Shown here one piece after another: positions 31,028-41,500 of a stretch of DNA of 64,000 bases (its first letter is position 1; each line of letters starts with the position of its first letter). Both the position numbers and the translations under genes were made by a program. The stretch lies in the IMG/VR virus record IMGVR_UViG_3300022552_000006; one strand, written 5' to 3'. A model generated the notes under the pieces. The model worked only from the letters and a program-made list of their open reading frames with translations. It was not told the origin of the DNA and made no database searches. The DNA is from an uncultured virus (IMG/VR IMGVR_UViG_3300022552_000006) (taxonomy: Duplodnaviria; Heunggongvirae; Uroviricota; Caudoviricetes).

Positions 31028-31145
31028 ATGCGAATGTTTGAAATGCGGATACAAGCTTAAGACAAACAAGCATTGTATAGACACGAAATGCCCTCGCTGT
31101 GGCGGGGAGATGAGAAGGGTTGACAGACCTGGCGGTGGTAGATGA
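31020..31145 (+). CDS. 41-aa zinc-ribbon protein (below ORF-track cutoff)
   Basis: MFECECLKCG...CPRCGGEMRR with an upstream GGAGGTGA RBS. Confidence 0.6.
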   Translation: MFECECLKCGYKLKTNKHCIDTKCPRCGGEMRRVDRPGGGR

Positions 31146-31721
31146 ATGAAGAAGGCAGAATACGATGCATTTATGAAATATTTGGCTAAAGAGCTGATTC
31201 AGATGGCAGTTGTCAGAAATATGAAAACACTGAAAAAGACAATTAAGAAAAAGGTAATCGAAGACGCCCTGAAAGGCAAAGACAAAAGCATAGTTGTGAA
31301 TATCTCAATCGACATAGATGATGGGGCTATAAGATTGCTGTATACACAGTTTGAAAAACTATTGGGAGGGGTATTCAATGGTAGTATCGACTAAAAGACA
31401 TTTTAGGCTTGAGTCAAATGAATATATAGTTACTGCAGAACAGATGCTGGTGATTATCGGGTTTACTATAAGGGAAAAGATGTCACTAATACCGTTACTG
31501 CACTTATTAGAACAAAATTGGAGGCGTAAGAATGCAATATCAAGAAGTTAAGTGGAATAAAATAAAAACTAATGACAAAGTTTTATACAAGCATTTTCCA
31601 TTCAATAGCATAATGGAAGGCGTTATAGAGAAGATTTCTCCATCGAGAAAATATGTTAAAATAGATGGAACATGGTATGAAAGCAAAAAAATAACTATTT
31701 TGGAAGTTTTGGAATAAGGAG

Positions 31722-32168
31722 GTGACTTGGATGCAATATCAAGAAGACAAATATTATACTCCAGAAATAGAAGATATGATACTTGAGAAGCACAATCTCG
31801 AATTGGTTAGCAAACAGAGGAAAGAGCTTCTAAAGGAACATAAGCTGAACACCGAAACCGATGTTATTTTATACTGCAAAACAGAGCATGGAAGAAAAAG
31901 AAAAGTTGGCATAGAGCTGAAAGAAAGCGATTTGATTAAGGCCATCCATCAGGCAATGGTCAGAAGAGAGTTTTTCAATTACTTTTATGTCGTGATAAAC
32001 CATTCTGTTGAATACATTGTAGACTGGATACTTGGCGATTATAATCTTCTTTCTGCAATAAAAGTCGGTGGCATCGGAATCATTTCTTATGCTGACAAAA
32101 TTATGGTCAGACCATCTAAATTTTTTCGATATACTGCAAATTTGAATGACAATATGTTTTGGCGGTGA
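31722..32168 (+). CDS. PD-(D/E)XK-like nuclease
   Basis: ETDVI...GIELK...KAI.QA. Confidence 0.55.
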   Translation: MTWMQYQEDKYYTPEIEDMILEKHNLELVSKQRKELLKEHKLNTETDVILYCKTEHGRKRKVGIELKESDLIKAIHQAMVRREFFNYFYVVINHSVEYIVDWILGDYNLLSAIKVGGIGIISYADKIMVRPSKFFRYTANLNDNMFWR

Positions 32169-32438
32169 TAATAATGGATATCTTAGAAATATGTTTATAT
32201 GCATTTTTGGCTTTAGAAATAATAGCTTTGGCTGGAATGCTTTTTGTGGCTATACCTAAAGTAATGTATAATCCAGCATGTGATAATGTTCCAAAACATA
32301 GTGAATTGGGATGTAAATGTGATTGCCAGAAAATTGGCTGGGAGTTCTGGGATTATAAACCAGGCGTTGTTTTTCGGCAGCCTGAATGCTGGTGTGCGAT
32401 AGAAATTTATGGAACAGAAACAAAAAGGATATGGTAAC

Positions 32439-33047
32439 ATGTGGGACAAATGGTTTGACGAATTAAAAGAAGATGAAGTAATGATAATGATAGCAATAGC
32501 AAGGAAAAAATACAACGAGAAATTAAAGTCGGAAGAAGTGGTGTTCAGGGAGATTGTTACGAAAGAAACATGGGAGAGAAAGTTTAACAAGCTGAAAACT
32601 CTTGTTCACCATTACCCAAGCAATGCAAGACCAGAGGATTATAGCATTTATATGACTTATAATCCAAGAAGCTTGAAAAAGGCGTTGTTTCTTCTGCAGG
32701 AAAGATTATTGAAATGGCAGTTTGAACTTTACAAAGGAAATATGGAAAATTATTTTTTTCACATCAGGAAACTGCCAAGCGAGTTCATATCGTGCCTTCA
32801 AAAGCCGGAGGCAAGGTCAAGAAGGTGGCACTTTCTGATAGATGTTGACGATATGGATAAGATAGGCGAAGTCAGAAGACAAATCAGCGAGCTTGGGCTG
32901 AAAGTCAAATACGAGGAACCAAGCAAAAACGGCTTTCACATTCTTGTCGAGCCGTTCAACATACTGAAGTGGAAGCCGATTGAAAATGTGGAAATAAAGA
33001 GAGATGGGATATTCCATATCTATCATGTGAGGCGAAACTGTGAATAA
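32439..33047 (+). CDS. Stand-alone AEP (primase-polymerase)-like protein
   Basis: FLIDVDD and SKNGFHI resemble AEP motifs I and II. Confidence 0.5.
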   Translation: MWDKWFDELKEDEVMIMIAIARKKYNEKLKSEEVVFREIVTKETWERKFNKLKTLVHHYPSNARPEDYSIYMTYNPRSLKKALFLLQERLLKWQFELYKGNMENYFFHIRKLPSEFISCLQKPEARSRRWHFLIDVDDMDKIGEVRRQISELGLKVKYEEPSKNGFHILVEPFNILKWKPIENVEIKRDGIFHIYHVRRNCE

Positions 33048-33315
33048 ACACGACAAAATTCTCGAAAGCGTGGCAGAAGATTTGAAGAGGGATGGCTATA
33101 AGGTAATGAAGCATGTCTATTATCCGAGTCCAAAAAAGACGGTAGGCGAAATGGATATTCTTGCATTTAAGGATGGCAGATATTCCTATTGGGAAATCAA
33201 GTCAAATATAAGGGGGTTTTATAAGGGCTTGGAACAGTTAGACAGGGCTGGAAAATATTTTCCGCTTAAAGAAAAATATCTTGTTATGGAATCGCAGATT
33301 TATTTAATGAAGTAA
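33040..33315 (+). CDS. Small PD-(D/E)XK nuclease (YraN-like)
   Basis: GEMDILAFK...WEIKS...QL. Confidence 0.7.
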   Translation: MNKHDKILESVAEDLKRDGYKVMKHVYYPSPKKTVGEMDILAFKDGRYSYWEIKSNIRGFYKGLEQLDRAGKYFPLKEKYLVMESQIYLMK

Positions 33316-33327
33316 GAATTGGCGGAG

Positions 33328-33427
33328 TGGAGTTGGTCTATCGCTTCCAACTCCAGCAAGGTGTCTGTTGCTTCTCGAAGTCGAGTCCCGTCACCCCTGA
33401 GATTAGGATTCGACCTACGACAGACAT
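33328..33427 (+). ncRNA. Candidate structured RNA in a convergent intergenic region
   Basis: TGGAGTTGG/CCAACTCCA hairpin; GTGTCTGTTG/CGACAGACAT and GTCGAGTCC/GGATTCGAC stems whose G-U pairs work only on the + strand. Confidence 0.55.
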
Positions 33428-33449
33428 TATATAATTGTATTAATATTAT

Positions 33450-34088
33450 TTAAATACTTTTTGCCAATCGCTTCACGGTTGCCCAGTTATACCTTATGAT
33501 ATTACACTTTCTTTTTTCTCGCAATTTCTGTTTTACAAATTCAATTGTCTTTGGATCTCCCGGGTTACCAGAGCCAAAATCCCCATATTTCTTTTTCAGG
33601 TTTTCATATTCTTTTATCGACAGGCTTTTTCCAATTATGCTGGCTGCACCAACTGGAATATCTCTTGTTTCGTTTTCATGGTCTATAACCCACTTAGACC
33701 AGTCAAAATGGAAGCCAAGCTTCTCTGCCCTTTCAATAAATTTTTCCCTCGAATAGTCGAAGTTGTTGATTTGAACTTGGGCAATAGGGTATTTTGCCTC
33801 AAACTCCCTGACAATTGTGCAGAAGGCGTTACATTCCATATCGTTTAAATTGTATTGTTTGTTCGATTTGCTTATTTCAGGCGCCTTAATGTAAATGGCT
33901 TTGTAGTCCTCGACTATGTCCTGAATTACTGGCGTTATTTTCATTATTTTAGAATGAGTTAACAGTTTGCTGTCCCTGACTCCGATGCGTTGCAAGGCCT
34001 CAAGCATATTCTCCTTGACGACAACTCCTGTCACGATTAAACTGCCAATCACAGGGCATCGTGTTACATCATCTATTCCAATAATCAT
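33450..34088 (-). CDS. rnhB: Ribonuclease HII homologue with divergent active site
   Basis: IGIDD.TR.PVIG, GVRDSK.L, VGAASI..K and GDFGSG.P.DP.T motifs. Confidence 0.85.
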   Translation of the reverse strand: MIIGIDDVTRCPVIGSLIVTGVVVKENMLEALQRIGVRDSKLLTHSKIMKITPVIQDIVEDYKAIYIKAPEISKSNKQYNLNDMECNAFCTIVREFEAKYPIAQVQINNFDYSREKFIERAEKLGFHFDWSKWVIDHENETRDIPVGAASIIGKSLSIKEYENLKKKYGDFGSGNPGDPKTIEFVKQKLREKRKCNIIRYNWATVKRLAKSI

Positions 34089-35715
34089 TACCATAACCCC
34101 ATTATATTTGCTACGCCATCCCATAAAAAGACATATGCTCCACAGACGGGGCAGTATTCTGTGCCTTCTGGCAACTCAGTTCCACAGTTCGGACAATACA
34201 TTAATATCACCTTTTTTTCAATTATACCCCCTCCTCTATGTCGAAAAATTCTTTTAATAAAAATTGCCTACCTTCATTCCAGCCAACTTCATATCTGTTG
34301 TTTTCATCAATTTCTTTTCTTTTCTCAATTAACATTTTTAGCCATTTCTGTGCCTCTTTCCTAATTTTTTCAAGGTCTTTGGATGTTACATTTAAATCCT
34401 TTAAAGTTTTTAATTTAATTTAAACCACCTCTATATTACTTCCATCTCATAATCATTAATACTCTTCTGATGCCATCTTCCATCAAAAAATAAATGCATC
34501 CATACCTGAAATTCATCATTATTGAAGGTGATAGTGACAACAACAGGTAACTCCCAACTCATTCTATTTGGATCAGGAACAAAAACAATTTTTTCTAATG
34601 ATGGATTTCTTCCATATTCTCCTTTTCTTACTGTTTTCTCCTCTTTTATGAGAACATTCTTACAGCAAAGAACATTCTCAATTTCATCTTTGAGTTCACT
34701 TCTATAGTTTTCTAACTCAATTATTAACTCTTTCTTCATTTTAAACCACCTCCATGTCAGTTTTAACATACTGTGCGTTGCACTCTTTAACAAGAAAATC
34801 TGCAGTTTGCTTTGTTATGCCATAAGTATTTAGATTCTTTCCGTTACGATAAACAATTACTATGTAAGGGAATATTTGATTGCTGAAAAAGATTGCTTCT
34901 CTGACTACTAACTCAAGATTTAATGTTAGTTTTTCCCAACCTGTCGTCTGAGAGAAGATTTCTATCGTGTTTTCGTCAATTCTGTATCCTGTGCCGTTAA
35001 ATCCATATTTTTCTTTAAGGGCATTTACATAACATTCCAGATGTGCTAATGGATTGCATTCAAAGAGATTTCCACCACTAAACCAAGTTAAAACTCCTTT
35101 CGGTTCTTCTTTACCGCAAAAATAACATTTGTCAAATTTTGCTTCCCTAACTTGCTGTTCAATTGGTTTTTTGAATGTCAATTGCATAGCTCAACACCTT
35201 TTGCTCTCTTGTTCATCTTCTATTATTTTTGGATTTTTGTAAACATTATCCTTAATGTTACTACCCTTATTTATTTTTCTATATTTTAATCTACACCACT
35301 CTGCCCAAGCTACATAAATCCACCAATACCTCTTCATATGCTTATTTAGATACGCAATCACTCTCATTCATACCTCACCTCTCTCTTGTTAATTGCATAA
35401 CATCACCTTCTTTTAATTTGTTGCTTTAAAAACTTAAGGTCGGATATGTCATTCTTTGCCTTCTGATAGCCAAGTTCAAACGCCTCATAATACAGTTTGC
35501 CGTTCAATTTAAGCCATATAATGAATGACAAGAGGCCTGTCGTCAGCAGAATCATTTCTGGTATCATTTCGCCATAGCGATTAAAATCGAAGAGTATCTT
35601 TCCAGTTCCATGAAAGTATGCGTTTAATAGTATATAAGTTAATGTAGCTGTGGCTGCTAAAACTGTTACAATTCCGTAAAAACCAAATAGTTTAATGTAT
35701 TTTGGTTTCATGTCA

Positions 35716-36126
35716 TCACTCAAGTTTTGGTGCTATAACTATGCCTACAAATTTTTTCTTGTTTTTGTCATATTGCCCGAGCATTAATGGGTAATCTTCT
35801 GTTATTGCTATATCTATGTAATCGTCTTCAGAGGTTTCTTTGCTTACAGATATTTCTTTGAAATCTTTGAGAATTTTTATGGCTTTCTTTAGAAAATCCA
35901 AGCTTACTCTTGTCCTTATTATCCAATTTTCGTCTATCTCTATTGTTCCTAAACCTACAATATGTAAAGGTTCTGTCATTGCATCGGCTGAAATTATTTT
36001 TCCATGTCCTAATTTCAATAACTTGTTTCTCAGTTTAAAATTCTCTTCTTCAAGATTTTTTATTTTCTTCTCTAACACTTTAATTTCAGATTCAAGCATC
36101 TTTTTTGTTTTTTTCATTTGTATCAA
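35716..36126 (-). CDS. Coiled-coil fused to a PCNA C-terminal-like fragment
   Basis: SLDFLKKA...EDYPLML...GIVIAPK matches the tail of the full PCNA (SIEYL...NDYPIK...VIIAPR). Confidence 0.5.
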   Translation of the reverse strand: MIQMKKTKKMLESEIKVLEKKIKNLEEENFKLRNKLLKLGHGKIISADAMTEPLHIVGLGTIEIDENWIIRTRVSLDFLKKAIKILKDFKEISVSKETSEDDYIDIAITEDYPLMLGQYDKNKKKFVGIVIAPKLE

Positions 36127-36998
36127 CCTCCTTTTTACTTATCAATTCGCCAATTTCTATAAATGTCATTTCAAGGTATGCGACCGTGCCGTCTTCCCTG
36201 ATTCTGTAGCCCCAGACATCATTGCTGTCTTCATACAGGATAATATCCTGTGGCTCGAGGAACGGGGCTATGAATTTGACAAAATTGTCGGCATCATACC
36301 ACTTGCGATAGTAGTCATCCCATTCAATCCACCAGTTGCCTTCGCTGTCCTGCGTGATTTTCATATCTTCGAGAAAGTAATGAACAAAGTCAAAGTCATG
36401 TTTTTTGCTTTCCAGCAGTTTTTTAACTCCTTGTTTCAATTCTTCAACTTTGTCTTTTTTGACTTTTCCCATCATTTCCAGTGTGCTATACATTCCCATC
36501 AAATCGCCTCCACGACATTCTTGACAAAGTTTATGCTTTCATTCAGGTTCCATTCGCCATCCTGTTCCAACCTTTCAAGCATTTTTCTTCCCCAAGATTT
36601 GATATATTTTCTCTTCATATCAACCACCCTTAAAATTGTTTTTTGTTGAAATTTTCAATAAGTTTCCTGTGTTCGGATTTGTCAGATGTTGCTATGGCAA
36701 TCTTGAGTTTCATAAACTCTTTGTCAAGATGCTGGATTCTCCTGTTGTAATGCTTCTCTGCCTCTTTGAAGTTGCTGACCTTAACTTTTATTCTTTTGCT
36801 GTTCACGTCATAATAGTCATTTACGATGACAAGACCGTGTTGCTTTGCTTCTGAAATCACGGCAAGGATTTTTCTTTTAATGCTTCTGCATAACTTACTT
36901 TTCTTTCTTTCAATGCGTTTCTTTTCCTTGCGAAAATCGTCTGCTATTACGCTCTTTTTTGCGTCATAAACTTCTCTCAACACATCATCTATTCTCAT

Positions 36999-37436
36999 CT
37001 AATCGCCTCCATTTGAATTTTTGAGTCCATTTGCTGTTGCATACATTATTAAGAGGTCATCAACCATTTTTTTGGTTTCTTCCACCATAAAGTGCATATC
37101 CCGATATTGTTTTGTGGTGTCATTCAATTCGGCATACATTGAGATGTCCATAGAATGTCCAGCATCAAATCCGATTACTACAAACCCGTTTTCACATTCA
37201 AAGTATGTTACACCACCGTGGACATTAAGCATCTGAATTTTATCACGATTGTCCCAAGCCCATTTGCCAAGTATCGATTTTTCAGGGATATAGACATACC
37301 CACAGAGATGAATGAGTTCCTCGTGTCTGGATACAATATAATATGGGCGTTTAATTACGCATGTAAACCCTCTGTGGCAGAAAATTTTCAAATTCCCTTC
37401 TTCTTTTATGATTTTTTCCAATTTTTTCCTATCCAT
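36999..37436 (-). CDS. Conserved phage hypothetical protein
   Basis: HLCGYV...VHGGVTY...IGFD.GH..D motif seen in phage proteins. Confidence 0.6.
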   Translation of the reverse strand: MDRKKLEKIIKEEGNLKIFCHRGFTCVIKRPYYIVSRHEELIHLCGYVYIPEKSILGKWAWDNRDKIQMLNVHGGVTYFECENGFVVIGFDAGHSMDISMYAELNDTTKQYRDMHFMVEETKKMVDDLLIMYATANGLKNSNGGD

Positions 37437-37673
37437 TTTAAACTGCCTCCAGTTTGATAAAAAACCTGTTATTTTCCTTTTCCAAAACCAGTTTTCTGCG
37501 ACTATTGTTTGCCTCGTCTATAAAGCTCGCAACATCTTGAAAGTTCTGGTCTGGTTTTATTTCTATTCGCATATTGGCATCACCTTTTTTTGTTTTTTTG
37601 GCGGCGAGGGGGAAACAAGCATAACCTTTTTATATCCCCTTTTAACGCCTGACTTCGCCATGTGCATATGATA

Positions 37674-38834
37674 CTATGAGACTTTGATACCGTTTCGTTC
37701 CATAAGCATCTTCTTGTGCCTGAAGAATGTCGCCCTGCTATGTCCAGTTCTTTGGGTGTATTCCTGAACCGCCTCTTTTATGCTGTTTGTCTTGTCAAGT
37801 ATTTCCCTGATAATGGCCAAGTCCTCATCTGGCTTAAGGATGGCGTTTGCAAGTTCTTCCCAACTATTTGGCTGTGTCTTGTAAAAGCCAAACAACTTTA
37901 ACGGCAACCTGAAGTCAACTGGATATGACTCGTCTGTGTTCTCTTTAATGAAGTCGGCAATTTCGATTGGTATGTTCTCTATTTTGCATATTTCATATAT
38001 GATTTGCATTTTTGTCGGGTAGTCAAAATCCATTTCATAGTAATAAACCCTGGACTTTATGTTGTCGAGTTCTTTCGGCAAATCGTTCAAGCACCATAAG
38101 ATTTTGGCTTTGAGTTCAAAAGTTTTCGGAATCATTAGCCCTTGCTCATCTGTCAACTTGTCAGATGATGACAGATATGTGATAAACCTTTCTCCAGCAG
38201 TATTCCACAACGCCGCCAAAAGAAGCCCCCTGCTCAACTCATTGTCAAACATCTTGGCTATGTCATCGAACAGTATGACCTTCTTATTTCTGTTTTCATA
38301 GAGAAATGCAAACAGTTTCAACGGCGTGGTGTATCCACTCAAAACGGCATAGTCTTCATTCAGTTTCCAGCCAAGTTCGTTGAAAATGTCAATCGCCATT
38401 CTCGTCTTTCCGATCCCCGTTCCCCCTTTCAGTATCATTCCCGCTATGTCTGTTTGCTTCTCATCTAAAAATGCCTTCAGCATAGAACGTGGCACTTTAA
38501 AGTATTCCTGAATCTTGGGCGTGGTTTTTTTCATTTTTTCGATGGCTTCCTGTTGCTTTTTCTGGCTTTCGAGTTCAAATTTCTTGATTTGCTCAAACTC
38601 TTCGTGTTCAATAATCTCTTTAGCAACCTTTTTGGACACCTTTTCAAACTCCTCTTCAACAGGAATTATGGACAATTCTTTCAACTTCTCGATAAGCATA
38701 TTCTTGTTTTCAGAGTAAGACACGCTTCTGTCAATTTCGGCCTCAACATCAAAATTTTGGTTGTCAATTTGTGCCTTTTTATAATACTCATTTACCATTT
38801 TCTTCAATTTTTCAATATCCCTTTTGGTAAGCAT
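37674..38834 (-). CDS. P-loop (AAA+-like) ATPase with C-terminal HTH
   Basis: GGTGIGKT, VILFDD and KSR motifs; C-terminal TGHSRATFFRHK. Confidence 0.8.
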   Translation of the reverse strand: MLTKRDIEKLKKMVNEYYKKAQIDNQNFDVEAEIDRSVSYSENKNMLIEKLKELSIIPVEEEFEKVSKKVAKEIIEHEEFEQIKKFELESQKKQQEAIEKMKKTTPKIQEYFKVPRSMLKAFLDEKQTDIAGMILKGGTGIGKTRMAIDIFNELGWKLNEDYAVLSGYTTPLKLFAFLYENRNKKVILFDDIAKMFDNELSRGLLLAALWNTAGERFITYLSSSDKLTDEQGLMIPKTFELKAKILWCLNDLPKELDNIKSRVYYYEMDFDYPTKMQIIYEICKIENIPIEIADFIKENTDESYPVDFRLPLKLFGFYKTQPNSWEELANAILKPDEDLAIIREILDKTNSIKEAVQEYTQRTGHSRATFFRHKKMLMERNGIKVS

Positions 38835-40499
38835 CTAATCACCCCTTCGCCTTTTTCAAAGCCAATTCAATAAAATCATAAAATGAGTCAAGGTTAAGAT
38901 ACCAAGCAATCAACTCTTCCAAACTTACGGCAATAACTTCGTTGCCGTTCTTGTCATAAAATCCGATAAACTCGGTTTCGTGTGGTTGCCAATATTTAAC
39001 CAAATCCCAGCCCGTGAATTTGCTTAATATCGGTTTTTTCATACGCTTCCCTCGACTATAATCCATTTAATTTTGCTGAAATCTATCATATATAATATCT
39101 TGTTTACTGAAAAAGAACCAACTTTTTGCAGTTCAAAATAAGTTTGCATTTTTTCAACCACTCCACTCCTGTCTGGCACTGCAAATTCAAGCAGAGTTTC
39201 ATCTATGAAGTAGATTTTTATTGTTTTCATCTGTTCGCCTCCCTTAAATCCTGCATCTTTTCAGACAAAACCTGAAAATAAATCTCCAAACTTTTGTTGT
39301 CCATAAAAACTTCAGGTTGCCCCGTCTTAAAGCGTTCAATCCACTCTTCACAATAGGAATGAACATTGTCAGGTTCGTTGGGAAATCGCCTCATAAACCA
39401 TTCAACAAAAACGAGACTTTCAAAGTTGTGCTTTTTACACAATTTTTCTATTGTTTCTTTTTTCATTAAATCAACCTCCGATTTCACTTATGTGTTCTCA
39501 TCAAAAAACTTCTATTTGTTTCCTCATTTATCTCGCCTCTTTAATTCAAGTTTATCAAGTTATAGAGGCCTTCAATTTCATTTTTTATTTTTTCCAAGTC
39601 CTCTTCAAATTCTCTTTTAACCTGTCTAACAGATTTCTTTTCGTTGAATATCAAATCTGTGATAATTTCTTCAAACTTTCCCATAATTCTCAACTCCGTA
39701 AAAAACTGTTGCTTTTAACTCTATTTTTGTAACTTTATTTTTGGCTTTTTTATACCCAAAAATTCGTAGAATCGTATCTATGTCGCTAAATGACGTTATT
39801 GTTTTTTCCATTTCCCATTTTTTCCCCATCATACATCACCATATTTCGCATAGAGTTCTGCTCTCATTTCAAGCAACTCTCTCTTCTCATCTTCATTCAA
39901 CTTTTTTCTCTTTTTCATAACATCGCCTCCGTAACATATTTTTTTTACGCTATATGTTGGCACGTTTCCTTATTTTCATAGTGCTTTCAGGTTATGTAAA
40001 GCATTTTTGCTGATGCTTAAAATCGGCAAACTTGCAAAGTCATAGTCCGTGCCTATATTCAGGAATTTCAGCACATCTTCACGTGCCTCTTCCTTCAAGT
40101 CATCTAAAAAAATGTGGAGAACCTCATCTGTTGTCTTTATTTCCTCTATTTCAACCATCTGCTCACCACCTTACCTTTTTCTTCAGTTCCTCGAAGGTTT
40201 TTTCAATCTCTTCCTGCGTCAAAAACCCAAGCGTTTCGGCTCTTGTTGGGCTTAATGTGAAATCGTCTAACTCCTCTTTCACAACTTCAATTCTGCCGTC
40301 AGGCGTGGGCTTCAATAACAGGGCTGTTTCACCTTGTAGATACCAATCTGCTAAACTGTCGTCAATTTTCGCTTCCATTTAATCCCCTCCAAAACATTTT
40401 TCCAAATCTTCTTCAAACTGCTCAACTGCAAACTCGTCATCTGGCTTACACCATTTGAGCAAAAATTGTTTAAGTTTTTTTTCGTTTATCATTCAATTC

Positions 40500-41354
40500 T
40501 CACCTCACAAACCTTATGAATTTCGGAAACCTCATAACCCCGTTCTTGCTCAACTCCTGAAACTCGACTTCGACAAATCGGGGCTTATAATCATAAAAGT
40601 ATTTTTGGCTCTCGGCTCTCGGAACGGTAACCCTGCCAAGTTTGGTTATAAGGTTCAAAACAGGAACAGAAAGGCACAGGTTCTTCTGTGGGCGTGATTT
40701 ACTCTGCGTGTCGTATCCAAGAATCTCAAGCGTCTCGGTGAAGTGCTTTTTGCATTTAAGCCAATCGTTGCTTCTCTTCTGCACATATTTTGAATCCCTG
40801 TTTTTCGCCATAACTCCCTCGTAGCCGTTTTTCAAAAACTGCTCAAAGAGTTTTTGTGGCTCTTCCTCAAACTGCTCTACAACTCCTATGGTTCGGTTCG
40901 GAATTATGCTTTTTTCAAGCATTTTTCTCCTTTTCCATAGGGGGTATTGCGTCAAATCCCTGCCGTTAAGTGAGAGAACGTCAAAGGCAACAAATTGGGC
41001 AGGATACATCTCGGACATCAGTTTAATTCTCATTCTGTCGGCTACGTGAGTCCTGCTCATAAGAATATCAAACCCCTCGTCAACAACCATCTCGCCGTCA
41101 AGAATTATGCTCCTGACATTCGGCTCTAAAATCCTTTCAAACAGTTCAAGGTTAAATTCGGGAAACTGCTCACGGCTCACAACCTGAAACACATTTAAGC
41201 GTGAGTTTCGCCTCTTCAAAACAAATTCACCCGTATCCAAATTTACCAAAAACAAATTTCGGCTTCCGTCATACTTCGGCTCAAAGACATAGTTCTCAAG
41301 ATTCTTCAAGTCCTCGTATGAAATCCTGTTCGCCAACATAGGTTTTTCTATCAT
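40500..41354 (-). CDS. Minimal ATP-dependent DNA ligase (LigD-LIG/LigC-like)
   Basis: KPMLA, EPKYDG.R, LDGE, AFDVL, EGVMAK, WLKCK and RFP.F motifs. Confidence 0.92.
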   Translation of the reverse strand: MIEKPMLANRISYEDLKNLENYVFEPKYDGSRNLFLVNLDTGEFVLKRRNSRLNVFQVVSREQFPEFNLELFERILEPNVRSIILDGEMVVDEGFDILMSRTHVADRMRIKLMSEMYPAQFVAFDVLSLNGRDLTQYPLWKRRKMLEKSIIPNRTIGVVEQFEEEPQKLFEQFLKNGYEGVMAKNRDSKYVQKRSNDWLKCKKHFTETLEILGYDTQSKSRPQKNLCLSVPVLNLITKLGRVTVPRAESQKYFYDYKPRFVEVEFQELSKNGVMRFPKFIRFVR

Positions 41355-41500
41355 TCAAAACACCTTTTTGCAGGGCAGGGAAAGAGGCAGAATTTCGTGT
41401 GTTGGGGTGTGATACCTGTGCCTCTTTCTCCTGCCTTTCTGCTATTTTGCAGGGCTGGGTAGGGAGAGAAATCGTTTAGGTGGGTGATGTAAATGAAATC

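Noticed and set aside
35840..36649. 269-aa + strand ORF (and similar F/L/S-rich ORFs at 6101, 14714, 24776, 30158, 49519)
   Set aside because: Antisense shadows of Lys/Glu-rich genes that carry RBSs or recognisable motifs on the other strand
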